Assembly: GCA_024626585.2 (NCBI GenBank) | Contig: JANKJI020000004.1 | Location: forward strand, 52,562,574 to 52,586,765 | Origin: Ginkgo biloba | Lineage: Eukaryota; Plantae; Ginkgophyta | DNA length: 24,192 bases | Reading direction: 5' to 3' | Shown: positions 11,661-22,862 of the stretch, piece after piece | Layout: each line of letters begins with the position of its first letter | Numbering within the stretch: position 1 is the stretch's first letter | Notes under the pieces: generated by a model | The model's database searches: none | What the model was told of the DNA's origin: nothing | Seen by the model: the letters and a program-made list of their open reading frames with translations, nothing else | Translations under genes and position numbers: made by a program

Positions 11661-12800
11661 TTATAGACCAATTTTGTATAAAAATCCATTGTTGAACATT
11701 ACGTAATAGTATGGCTTAAGCCGACTGCCATTGACTAATTTAGGTACTATTAGTCCATTAAGTTGTCGCAACTGCACAAATCCATTATCATTAATTTGAT
11801 AGATTTTATAAGGTCCTAGCCATCTTATCTTAATTTTTTTAGGCTTTGTACGGAATTTACTATCACAAAGTAACACTAGATCACCATTTTTGAACTTAGG
11901 AGTTTGTATGTGCCTATCGTGCCAAGTTGCTTGTCTGCTTTATAGCTTCAATGAGCAATCGCACGAGCCTCATCTAGCTGATTTCATGTGTGTAGTCGGA
12001 TTTGTGCAATTCATTGTCACCCAACCTATGCTTAATGTCTATCTGCAAACTAGGTACTATAAGTTCAAAGCACATGATGGCCTCTTGCCCGTATGCTAAT
12101 TGGATGATATCTACTTGTGTGCTTTTTTCGTCATTATGGGATCTGCCCACAATACGCAGTAAAGCTTTTCTACCCAGTCATTTCTTCCACCATTACATAT
12201 TTTTGTCAACACCAATTTTAGTATCTTATTTGTACTCTCTGCTAAGCCATTAGCGTGGGGATGGTATGGTGTGGATTTTTGATGAATGATCATAAATTTT
12301 TCAGTCAAATGCTTGACAGTTTGGTTAAGAAATGTTGCACCTTGATCACTTACAATTTCAATCGGGCATCTAAATCTTGTAATAACCATTTCATACAAAA
12401 TTCGAGTTATACTTTTTACATTGCAATTTTGGAGTGCTCATGCACCCACTTCGTCATGTAGTCCATTCCTACTAATAATATATAATGTGCCTAAATACAC
12501 CTGGGAGAAAGACTAATTGGTCCAATGAAATTCAACCCCAATTTCTCAAGTGGACATTACGCCAAAATTGGGTGTAGGGGTTGGTGGTGGGTTGCTCTTG
12601 GCTTACCCACTATTTCGCATGTGACGCAATTCTTCGCCCAACTTTTTGCATCCTTGAATAATGTGGGTCACCATAATCTAGCTAAAAGTATTTGTCGAGT
12701 TGTCTCATCGCTTACTATATGATTGCTGACCACACATTCATGAGTTTCTTGCATTATGGAGGAACATGTACGTGTCTTTGTAACATCTGGTCTGGCCCTA
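11661..12800 (-). pseudogene. Integrase of element B
   Basis: HHCC region (HE..NH..WWPTLFKDA..CVTCE), core IVSDQG..STPYHPHANGLAESTNKILK, and GPY/F motif RWLGPYKI. Confidence 0.92.
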
Positions 12801-13019
12801 TTTTCTATAGTACACCATCAATTAATTGATAAGGTTTTGTCCTTCTAGCCAGATTTCTTCGTTTTATGAGGTCCAACCCATGAGGAATAATTCTAGTGGC
12901 TAAGTATTCATGGATATTGCATACCAATCCAAGACGGAGGACACTTGAAATAATGTTGCATCTAGGAAATCATGTTGGACATGGGTAGCCTCCTCATTGG
13001 TACCGATTTTTGATAATTG

Positions 13020-13400
13020 ATCAAAGATATTATGTTGTGCCCCGAGTTTAACTACCATTGCAAAATTGAATTGTTGAAACAACAATAACCATCTGCTAAT
13101 TTGTCTTGGAAGTATCGGCATATTTGTTAGACATAACAATGCTTGGCGGTCTAGGAAGAATGTAAAATTCGTTGCCAATAAGTAATGTATAAATTTTTGA
13201 AGGGAATATACCATCCCTAATCCCCCTCTTTCAATAATGGTGTAGTTGCGTTCAACATATTATAACTTCTGCTAGCAAAACATATGGGATGGTCAATTGT
13301 TTTGTCTCCTTGTTGTTCTAGGACACTACCGATGGCATTTAGTGACGCATCTATATGTATGTGAAATGCCTTCATCTAGTCTAGAAATCGTAATATGGGG
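13020..13400 (-). pseudogene. RNase H of element B
   Basis: HIDASLNAIGSVL, RNYTIIERGGLGMVYSLQKFIHYLL, RWLLLFQQFNF. Confidence 0.9.
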
Positions 13401-13439
13401 GCATTTACTACTTTTTCCTTTAGTTCGTCAAACACCAAC

Positions 13440-14255
13440 GGGTGCTCCAATGACCATGTGAAGGAGGAATTTTCTTTAATAATTGTACTGAGATGAGATG
13501 TGTGCTTAAAATCTAATGAACCTATGATAATAATCAGTTAATCTGAGGAACCCTTTTAATTGTTTCGTAGTGGTCGGCTTTAGATATCACAAGATCAGAG
13601 TTGTGAGTAGTCCTTTTTTAGTGACAATGTGGCCTAATGAATTTTCAAATGGTACTATAAATTTGCATTTTCTCTGGATTAAGGCACAACCCACTCTTTC
13701 TACATACTTGAAGCATTTGCTTGAGATCATCCAAATGGTTGCTAATCAATGAATCCAGCGTCCAATCGTCAAGAAACACCTCTACATTATCACCGATCAT
13801 TTTCTTAAAGATATTCACTATGATTCGCTAAAATGTATTAGGAGCATTGCTAAGTTCGAAGGACATTATGCGATAGGCATATGTCCCCCATTATGTAACG
13901 AATGTTGTCTTTAGTTGATCTTTTGGCACAACATTGACTTGATTATACCCTCTTAATTTGTTTGTGAAGGAGAACACCTTATGACTCGCTTCTCCCTCAA
14001 GTACATCCTCTATGAAAGGCAGTGGAAATGGGTCTTTTTTTGTTACTTTGTTGAGTTTCCTATAGTCCACACAAACTCTTATTTCACCATTTTTCTTCCT
14101 CATGATTATGATAGGATTAACACATTCATTTTTATCAACTTCATATATATATATATATATCTTACTTCTAGCATTTTGTTAATTTCTACTTTAACCTATT
14201 CTTTGTACATTGGATTCATTCGATATGGTCATTATCTCCTAGGTTTTGCACCTTC
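13440..14255 (-). pseudogene. Reverse transcriptase of element B
   Basis: KKNGEIRVCVDYRKLNKVTKKDPFPLPF..GYNQV..KTTF..MSFELSNAP and the catalytic motif VFLDD (~13765-13780). Confidence 0.93.
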
Positions 14256-14355
14256 NNNNNNNNNNNNNNNNNNNNNNNNNNNNNNNNNNNNNNNNNNNNN
14301 NNNNNNNNNNNNNNNNNNNNNNNNNNNNNNNNNNNNNNNNNNNNNNNNNNNNNNN

Positions 14356-14830
14356 TGTTCCCCATCTATGACGAAGGTTGCCTTCAACTAATCTTTTGGC
14401 ATGATGTTGACTTGATTATACCCACTAAATCCACCTATGAAGGAGAACACCTCATGACCTGCTACTTCTCGAGTACATCTTTTATGACTGGAAACCAAAA
14501 TAGTCATCTTTTTTAAGTTTCTTTGTTGAGAGCCCTATAGTCCACACATACTCTTATTTTACCATTTTTCTTCCCGACGATTACAATAGGACTAACCCAT
14601 TCATTATTATTGACTTCATGTATATACCTTGCTTCCAACTTTTTGTCAATTTTTTCTTTCACCTATTCTTTGTACTTTAGATTCATTCTATATGATTGTT
14701 GTCTTTTGGGTTTCACACCTTTGATTAAATCAATGTACTATTGTCATAATTCGAGAGGAATACCCTTAAGGTCCTTATAAGACCATGCGAAGAAATCTCA
14801 GTATTCTTGAAACAATGATGTAGCTTGGAT
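14356..14830 (-). pseudogene. Second, diverged copy of the RT N-terminal half
   Basis: FAWSYKDLKGIP..WVSPIVIVGKKNGKIRVCVDYRAL..GHEVFSFIGGFSGYNQV; duplicates ~13885-14255 across a 100-N gap. Confidence 0.88.
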
Positions 14831-15169
14831 GACTATTGGTGTATCCGAATAATCTCCCATTATTATTTTGCATGGTTCCTTCTTCATTCTGATGTTAATC
14901 TCCCTTGTTTTTAGATCTTGGAAATGTACCACCTTTTTCTTTGGAGTTAGTAAGTGTGCAGGGGTTGCATCAATGTGTCTTTCACCGTGCTACCCTTTTG
15001 AAAAGCTTTCTAGATATTCTGTATTAATCTTGGAATTTGGAACAAGATCATCTAGCAGTATTTTGAGTTCTAGCCTTTGCGCATCTTCTGATTGTGGATC
15101 ATTGACTGTGGACATACTATAACATCTTAAGTCCTAAATTCTTTTAGCTATGATTAATGCTACTTTATG

Positions 15170-16075
15170 AGGTTTCCTACAGCAGTATGCTAGAAAATTT
15201 GTTTTCAATTTTGGCAATGTCATTCTCCTCAATATTTCCTTGTAGCAGAACCATTGGTAAGTGTTTGTCGAAAAGGAGCGTGCCCAACGATGTGCTCATT
15301 CCTTACAAGGTATATTGCATTTCTGCCACACTCATTTACACCTCCTAATATGTTCTTTTGTGGTTATCTATGGATCATAGATTGGTAATAGTGGTTGTTG
15401 GTTCCTGCCAAATCAAATTTCTAAGTAATGTTGTTAACAAGGCCAATCTTGAAATTCCTCTTGGCATGTGCAAAACCAACTAAAAGCGCATCCTTCCAAT
15501 GTTAAGGGAATCATCATTTTCCATTTTTTGTCGCTCCCAAAAATGGTTGTCCATCCATACTCTAATACATTGCTGAGCGTTGCNNNNNNNNNNNNNNNNN
15601 NNNNNNNNNNNNNNNNNNNNNNNNNNNNNNNNNNNNNNNNNNNNNNNNNNNNNNNNNNNNNNNNNNNNNNNNNNNNNNNNNNNTCATTTTCAAATCTGGC
15701 CATGTCATTCTCCTACATGTTTCCTAACGATGGAATCATTGGTAAGTATTTGTTGAAAAGTAGTGCCCCAACAATATGTCCATTCTTAATGAGGTATATT
15801 GTGTTTTAGCCACTTATTTGCAATTCCTAATATGTTATTCGACGATTATCTCTGGATCGTAAATTGGTAATAGTGGTTGCTAGTTACTACCAAGTCCTAT
15901 TTCAAAACAGTGCCATAAATAAGGCCAACCTTGAAATTCTTCCTAATGTGTGAGAAACCAACTAAAAGTGCAACCTTCCAATGTTAAAGGAAACATTATT
16001 TTCCATTTTTGCCTCTCCCAAAAATAATTGTTCATCCATACTATTATACATAGTTGAGTGTTGCATTCTGTTGTG
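15170..16075 (-). pseudogene. Extra Gag/capsid-like (Retrotrans_gag-type) motifs between protease and RT, present as two diverged copies either side of a gap
   Basis: Unit 1: KWKxMFPLTLEGCAFSWFxTxQEEFQxWPxL..F. Unit 2: LPIYDP..HIRxC..W..NIP..EW.H.W..FSTNTYQWF...RRMTWPxLKxNFL. Confidence 0.65.
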
Positions 16076-16549
16076 GCTTCCACGAATTCAAGAATAGTTT
16101 GTGTCACCATCACATGGAGATTTTTTGTTGCTCCGTAATTTCATTTTCCTCAGGCTCAACTTCCACATCACTAGAATCATTTGTATCTGAGAGAACTTCA
16201 TCATACTTGTCTTCTTCCTCATCTTCTAGCTCATTATCATAGACAATGCTTTGTCGATAACAACTCAGTGTGGTTGATGCCTCATATGCTTCTTGCAACC
16301 AATGTAGCATATGATCAAAGATAGAATCTTCATTATCAAGCTGAATTGTTGAATTTCTCCTTACTAGTCTAGTTATTGGTGGTCATCTCCTATGATGGAG
16401 ATAGGATCTTGGATAGCTTGATACGTTGATTCAAAATAAGAACTTGTTAGAACCTCTATGGCAATGGTGGTACTTAAGGTAGCTTCAAAAAAGTTCTCAT
16501 GTTGCAAAATGTCACAATCCATTACTTTCTCGACACAGAGCCCATGCAA

Positions 16550-17030
16550 CACTAAAGGTATTTTGACATGTTTTCTGTTCCTGTATAATGTATATGTCCA
16601 CTTCTCCCAATCCTATACGACTTTCGTAGCATATAGCCATTGTCGCCCTAGAAATGTTAGATATGCTACATTTGTTGCCATACGGACAACTTAATCTTGC
16701 TTAATTGTCACTCGATCTAGTTAGTGGGACATCTAGGATTGTTCCTAGAGAGCAAATCATTGACTGGTCAGGGAAACAAATTGAATAATTGGATGAAACT
16801 TACTCTAGTTTGCCTAGCTATATGCTGCCATATAAATGACTTAATCTTTCTTAACCATCACTCCTACAGTTATTGGGACATCTAAGATTGTTCCTAGAGG
16901 GAAGATCATTGGCTAAATGAATTGAATAATTGGGTGGAACGTACTCTAGTTCACCTAGCTATATCCATGTTGATTTGGGCAATACATTCACACTCAAACC
17001 ACCATCTAGGATGGTTTTGCGTACCACATG
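16550..17030 (-). pseudogene. Aspartic protease of element B with an internal ~145-bp tandem duplication
   Basis: TILDGGLSVNVLP..LGTILDVP (twice)..FLGRQWL. Confidence 0.8.
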
Positions 17031-17415
17031 ATCAAAGATTTGAATGGGGACTCCAGGGTCTTTGTCTAGTTTGTTAGCCATATTTACCATTTTTATTGTG
17101 TTATTGGTTGGTGTGGAGAGTTTTCATTTCTTCCACCAATTTATTACAACTGCCAATGGTATATTGATATTCGAAAGAGTTCAATTGTATGCTCCCTTTT
17201 TAGTGTTGGTTGAGTTGCCTTAGATGGGCCAACATTAGTTGGATTGTTTGGTGTCCTAGCAACTATAGGAATGGTGTCCTAGCAACATTAGTTGGGCCAA
17301 TTTTAGCTAGTAGTGNNNNNNNNNNNNNNNNNNNNNNNNNNNNNNNNNNNNNNNNNNNNNNNNNNNNNNNNNNNNNNNNNNNNNNNNNNNNNNNNNNNNN
17401 NNNNNNNNNNNNNNN

Positions 17416-17540
17416 CAAATGGAGTAATATAGTCTAGTTTCCCTAGTTTGATTGATGTCGATTCTAGAAGAACATTCATGTTAGATCCTCCATCCACAAT
17501 AGTTTTAGTGACAATATTATCGTATATTAAGATATAGGTA
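17416..17540 (-). pseudogene. Second partial protease copy abutting a gap
   Basis: KTIVDGGSNMNVLLESTSIKLGKL. Confidence 0.8.
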
Positions 17541-17959
17541 CATTCAGATCTTCATCCAACTGGTCTTCTAAGTTTGCAATCTCCACCACACTATTCGTGG
17601 AATTGAACGTTCACTTGACGAGGGGTCATTGCATTTTGTAGCAACTCATTTTTTTGGTTCCTGATTTAAGTTAGGTGTGTTGTTAATCAATATCTTATTG
17701 ATTACTAGGGATGAATTGCAACAACATTCTTCCTCTGGTAAACCTATTTGCCTTTCTTTAGGTATTGTCTTTTTTTTATCTCGAGCATCCTAATAACTTG
17801 TTGGGGCAATCATTGTTGTTCTTCCGCTTTCACAACTGCTTGAATGGTTTGTACAACTTCTTGAAACACACATTCTCTTTAATAGTATTGGGAAAATCCA
17901 AATCATCGTTTTTGGGAGCAAAAATTGATTTCCCACTATGAATTTGGAATTTATCAAGA

Positions 17960-19324
17960 ACTATGGTTGCAAGGTTCTGGTTTTTGGTTTTGTTGGCAAG
18001 GTTATTCCTACAATTTTCCCGCTCACGATCTCTTGGTTTGCATTCTTCACAAGTGAACCTTCCCCCCTTTTCTTCTAATGGACAATCATAACGAGCATGC
18101 CCCCAGTGTAAGCACAATGATAGCATACGGTTTTGGTTTTACCCTCGTATATCTTATATTAGTGTGGTAGGTTATTCATAGTCTTTTGGTAGTAAACATT
18201 GTGAGTACCATGATCGTGATAGCGACCTCAAGCTCCACATTATGCCAGCATTTGTTGAGGTTGATTGTAGAAACAATTTTTAGTACAATGGGTGTTGACT
18301 TTACATACATCACACCACTGACAAGTACATTCACTTGTTTAGGGTGTTCATTGAGCATGTGCCGTTATCAATTACAAAAGGACACCATACATCATCTTGA
18401 TTTGGGATGGTCACTTCCCCTCTTCGTTTTGCAATCTCTGCATGAAGATTTTCAACTACGTGATTCACCTTTTGTTGTTTCTTCAGTTTTGAGAATGCCA
18501 ATTCATATTGCAGTCATTCTATTTCTAGATCTTGGGTTCTTGCCATATAGCTTGTCGAGTGACACTACCCAACATTCCCTAATTGATTCTCAAAACGCAT
18601 TGCTAAATCTCGAACTTGCTAGTAACCTTGCATTGGGTGCAGTCATACAGAACTCTGCGTGTGAGGTAGAAGGCCTTGAAAAAAAAATTTCAACAGATTC
18701 GGGGTGGGATGGGGGCTAGTCTATCCCCAAGACAAAATATATTCAATAAATTTTCATTCTGCCATCATATTTTTTTATAAATTCCCCTAGATATTGACGT
18801 AGTTCTTCCAGGATCTCATAGTTTTTTGAATCTATCAAGAAACAGTGTATGCATATATCTTCCCAAATTGGGTTCTTCAAGTTAATGTATTGATACCAGG
18901 TGATTTCTAGTCCTCTCAAGGTGATAAAGAACCATGAGTTAATTTCTCTTTCATTTACAATGTATTTCAGTTCTAAGATGTTATTAAATAATGTAAGGAG
19001 GTCCTATGCTTCTCTCATTCAATCATAGCATAGATTGGAGAAGGCATTGTCATTTTGAATCACAATGTATGTTTGGTGGTGTGGTCCTTCTGGTGCTTGG
19101 TTGAGGTTCACCATCTCGGTGAATAAAGTGTTTTGATATACAAAAAATGGATTAACTAGGGTGGGTGGCCTATCAAAGAACAATCTAGATTCCAACTCAT
19201 GTGTAGTCGAATCAAAGTATGCAGAAGATTCTAGACCCAACGATTGTGGAAACGATTGATTCGAGCTTGTTTTCAAATTGTTACTTTCAACCAAGGGGTC
19301 TTCGTCAGCCTTAGCATTAAGCAC
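17960..19324 (-). pseudogene. gag of element B (capsid plus four zinc knuckles)
   Basis: FFITLRGLEITWY..WEDI..LEELRQYLGEFIKKY..FFQGLLPH at ~18660-18940, then WCPFCN**RHMLNEH, WCDVCKVNTHCTKNC, CYHCAYT/GHARYDC and CEECKPRDRERENC. Confidence 0.8.
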
Positions 19325-19761
19325 CCAACTAATTTCTTCCTCTTCTTTTCCCTGTAGAGTAACGGCAATTTCCTCCGTTAGAAATATTTATTTTCTATTC
19401 TCTCTCTGATGTATGTACTTATAGTGTGGGTATTGTCTTCTTCTTCTTCATCTTTCTTGACCCCTTTGTCATGCCAATAACTACCCTTGTTTGGGAGGTT
19501 TGGCTTTCACCCTCTGTAGACTTCTTCTTTAAAGTCATTTTTCTCGCTAATGCAAGTTTCTAATGCTCTCTTTGATCCCGATGCTCAATCCTCAGATCTA
19601 CTGTAGTTTGTTCCTTAATCAACATGATGAGGGCCCTTAGCAATCCGAAAGGATTTAGCAAAGAGTTGTAACCTTCGTGACAGCTAGGTTACCAAATAGG
19701 TGGCTAGGATGATGTCGGTCTTGTATTGTCTTCTCAAGAGAAACCGCTTAGGTTCTTGTAA

Positions 19762-19775
19762 TGGCAATGGAACCA
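19762..19775 (-). promoter_or_regulatory. Primer binding site, best matching tRNA-Glu
   Basis: Minus strand reads ..AACA T TGGTTCCATTGCCA, compared with TGGTTCCGTTGCCG, the complement of the plant tRNA-Glu 3' end as recalled. Both differences are CpG>CpA. Confidence 0.65.
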
Positions 19776-19776
19776 A

Positions 19777-20390
19777 TGTTTACTGCTTCTACATCACAGT
19801 AAAGTCTGCATTACGATCGGTCAACAAACAACCCCAAAGAGACTAGAGTAGCAATCTGCTACTCTCACCAATAGAGCAACATACTAATGTCTATGAAGAG
19901 GTCAACGCTGGAAGGTTATTCACTTGATCATTTAGGAGAGCACATACATCATGCAGTCATTAGAACAATGATCACAAAGCTAGAAGCAACTGAGAGAAAT
20001 AAGTTTATACAAATCGATAATATTTGATACAATGGATGATGATTGATGCCTTTGCGGCTTACAATATTTATAGGATCTAAATAGTGCCTCTTAATAGGCA
20101 ATTCCAACAGTTATACGTATTCGCTAATCTTTACTAGGATTTAACTAATCAGTCAATTACATTATGTTATGACAACAGAGATTTTTTTCCTACATTCGGT
20201 CATTACATGCTAGCTAGTCTTGCGACTGATAACTGGAATGTTGATGCGATTGAAAACTAGAATGTAGATGTGACTGACACACGAGCGACCAAGAACTAGA
20301 ATGGTGATGCGACTGAGAATGAGAATGTTGATGCAACCGAGGACTATAATTTTTTTGCAATTGTAGATTGTATCAAATATCTAGCACACA
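19777..20390 (-). repeat. 5' LTR of element B
   Basis: TGTTTACTG...CACACA; colinear with 8248-8887; flanked by the PBS and the TSD. Confidence 0.9.
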
Positions 20391-22860
20391 ATCTCAAGAA
20401 ACCAAAGACCCAACATTGGTACCTACAGAGATCACCATAGACACAACAACAACATTCATGTCGACTACTCTGACCAATGCCCAAAACTTATANNNNNNNN
20501 NNNNNNNNNNNNNNNNNNNNNNNNNNNNNNNNNNNNNNNNNNNNNNNNNNNNNNNNNNNNNNNNNNNNNNNNNNNNNNNNNNNNNNNNNNNNCCAAAACT
20601 TATAAGTGCTTAAATAGTTTGCAGATAACTTGAAGTCAGCATAGCATTGTCCATGCTTTTCCCACTTTGGGAGTCGAAGCAACTATAAAAGATTACAAAG
20701 GTTGTTAAAAATGATGAAACAATACTAGTACAATGTGTAAAATCAAATTTAGACTAAGATTCACATGTGTCGACATAGTTATTGAGGTATATGGTGGATA
20801 TGGCTATTGTAGATGGTGGCTCCACAATTAACACACTATAGAAAACACCTAGAAAGCAATTAGGAGCCCTACCATGACACTCACGCATTATAGATTAACC
20901 ACAACAAACGAGTCACAGGTATGGCCTATGGGAATGATCAAAAATGTGCCCATCACCATAGCAAGAATAATCGTATTACAAGATTTTTGCCATTTAAAAT
21001 GTCAACAAGAGGACAATCATATCTGGCATTGCTTAGAAGAGAATGGCTACACAAAACCAATGTGTTACAAGATTTGTGGAACTTATACATTCACCATACA
21101 ACAAGACAAAAAAATTGTTAAACTACCAATGCCTACAGACAAACCAGCATTTATGAAGGTAACTAACAACGCATCTAGCACCATAGTGTCCTTAGAATCA
21201 AAAGCTAATTTATATTCCAAATATGCATATCACTATGTGGCAAAGGTAACCGAATTGAGGCACACAAGCCTAACTTCCACAAAGTTCCACAAAGAAGTTG
21301 AGACTATTGGAAGTTTCGATGGAGAAGACTTTGCATGTTTTATGGCAAATTGGTTCCAAAAGGCTTACAAACTTGATCAAAATGTGTGTTATAATATAAG
21401 GATTACGATATGGCAATAGAGGAAGACAAAGATTAGCCCGACAAAGAGGGCATGATTATATTAGATGATAGTAGCAAAATTTCCAACAAAGATGAAATAA
21501 TGGAAGTGGAATTCACTACAAAGGTTTCGGATTCCACCACGTTCATTTTAGAAACACAAAGCACAACTTCATATGTCCAAGCCTACAAACAACGGTGGGA
21601 AAAAGAGAAATCGCAATGGAAGGCATTGTGCCAATCACAGTTTCCCTTAACTCTACATGGTTATAAATTAANNNNNNNNNNNNNNNNNNNNNNNNNNNNN
21701 NNNNNNNNNNNNNNNNNNNNNNNNNNNNNNNNNNNNNNNNNNNNNNNNNNNNNNNNNNNNNNNNNNNNNNNNNNNNNNNNNNNNNNNNNNNNNNNNNNNN
21801 NNNNNNNNNNNNNNNNNNNNNNNNNNNNNNNNNNNNNNNNNNNNNNNNNNNNNNNNNNNNNNNNNNNNNNNNNNNNNNNNNNNNNNNNNNNNNNNNNNNN
21901 NNNNNNNNNNNNNNNNNNNNNNNNNNNNNNNNNNNNNNNNNNNNNNNNNNNNNNNNNNNNNNNNNNNNNNNNNNNNNNNNNNNNNNNNNNNNNNNNNNNN
22001 NNNNNNNNNNNNNNNNNNNNNNNNNNNNNNNNNNNNNNNNNNNNNNNNNNNNNNNNNNNNNNNNNNNNNNNNNNNNNNNNNNNNNNNNNNNNNNNNNNNN
22101 NNNNNNNNNCCACCTTTGGAGTGTGTGGTGCATGATGAAGCCAAAAAGGTTGAAGAAGAAACATATCAAGCCTATAGCGTATATCCCCAAGAATACTTTG
22201 AGTTGAACCATGAAGACAATAATTGATGAAACCCCTAGACACCCATTAAGCAAAGAAGGTGCAAGTATCCACCACGACAAATTAAAAATTAGGAGAAATC
22301 AATATCGCTACAAAAACAAAGCCATGAAAGCTAATTATGGTGATTAATGGGACAAAGCAACCGTCACCTAAGCTACCACCCTATTTTTGAAATATCATGG
22401 CATGTTTGCATGGTCATATGAAGATTTAAAGGGGATTCCACCATAAATTGGACTGCATAAGATAGAATTGATCTAAGGAGCAAAACCAGTATGCCAACGT
22501 CCATACCATTTGAATCCAAAAGTTAAAGAGAAAGTAAAGGAAAAATTGAACAAGATATTAAATGTGGTTTAGATTTACCCAATGGAAAATAAGGAATGGG
22601 TAAGCCCATTAGTTGCTGCTAAGAAAAAGAATGACAAGATTGGAGTTTGTGTCAGTATGACCAAGCAAGACCCATTTCCGATTATGTTTACAAAAGATAT
22701 ACTAGACAAGGTAGTGGGACATGAGGTCTATTCATTTACCAATGGTTTTAGTGAATACAAGCAAGTTAGAATCATGCTAGAAAATCAAATAAAAACCACA
22801 TTTGCCACTGAATGGGGAACATAAACGTACTAAGTGATGTCATTTGGATTTGACCAACAT
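20391..22860 (+). mobile_element. Ty3/gypsy element A, right part: protease, spacer with FPLTLHG motif, truncated RT
   Basis: IVDGGSTIN (~20806), WPMGMIKNVPITI, LLRREWL, QFPLTLHG (21638-21661), FAWSYEDLKGIPP, EWVSPLVAAKKKNDKIGVCV, DPFP..VVGHEVYSFTNGFSEYKQV..TTFATEWG. Confidence 0.88.
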
Positions 22861-22862
22861 GT

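Larger units (their letters stand above)
8248..20390 (-). mobile_element. Complete but decayed non-chromoviral Ty3/gypsy LTR retrotransposon (element B; Athila/Tat superclade-like)
   Basis: Direct-repeat LTRs at 8248-8887 and 19777-20390. Perfect 5-bp TSD ATCTC at 8243-8247 and 20391-20395. PBS adjacent to the 5' LTR. Domain order gag-PR-RT-RH-INT on the minus strand; no chromodomain seen. Confidence 0.9.

Noticed and set aside
16998-17012. Protease motif DGG instead of D(S/T)G
   Set aside because: Shared by all three protease copies here and a known variant in plant non-chromoviral gypsy proteases.
18186-18719. 177-aa plus-strand ORF, and similar ORFs at 10859-11308 and 13981-14391
   Set aside because: Antisense shadows of decayed retroelement sequence with no protein signature.
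20481-20604. CCAAAACTTATA repeated on both sides of a gap
   Set aside because: An overlap of contig ends (assembly artefact), not a biological direct repeat.
21543-22280. Long ORFs in the track that span gaps
   Set aside because: Their length is produced by N runs translated as X.
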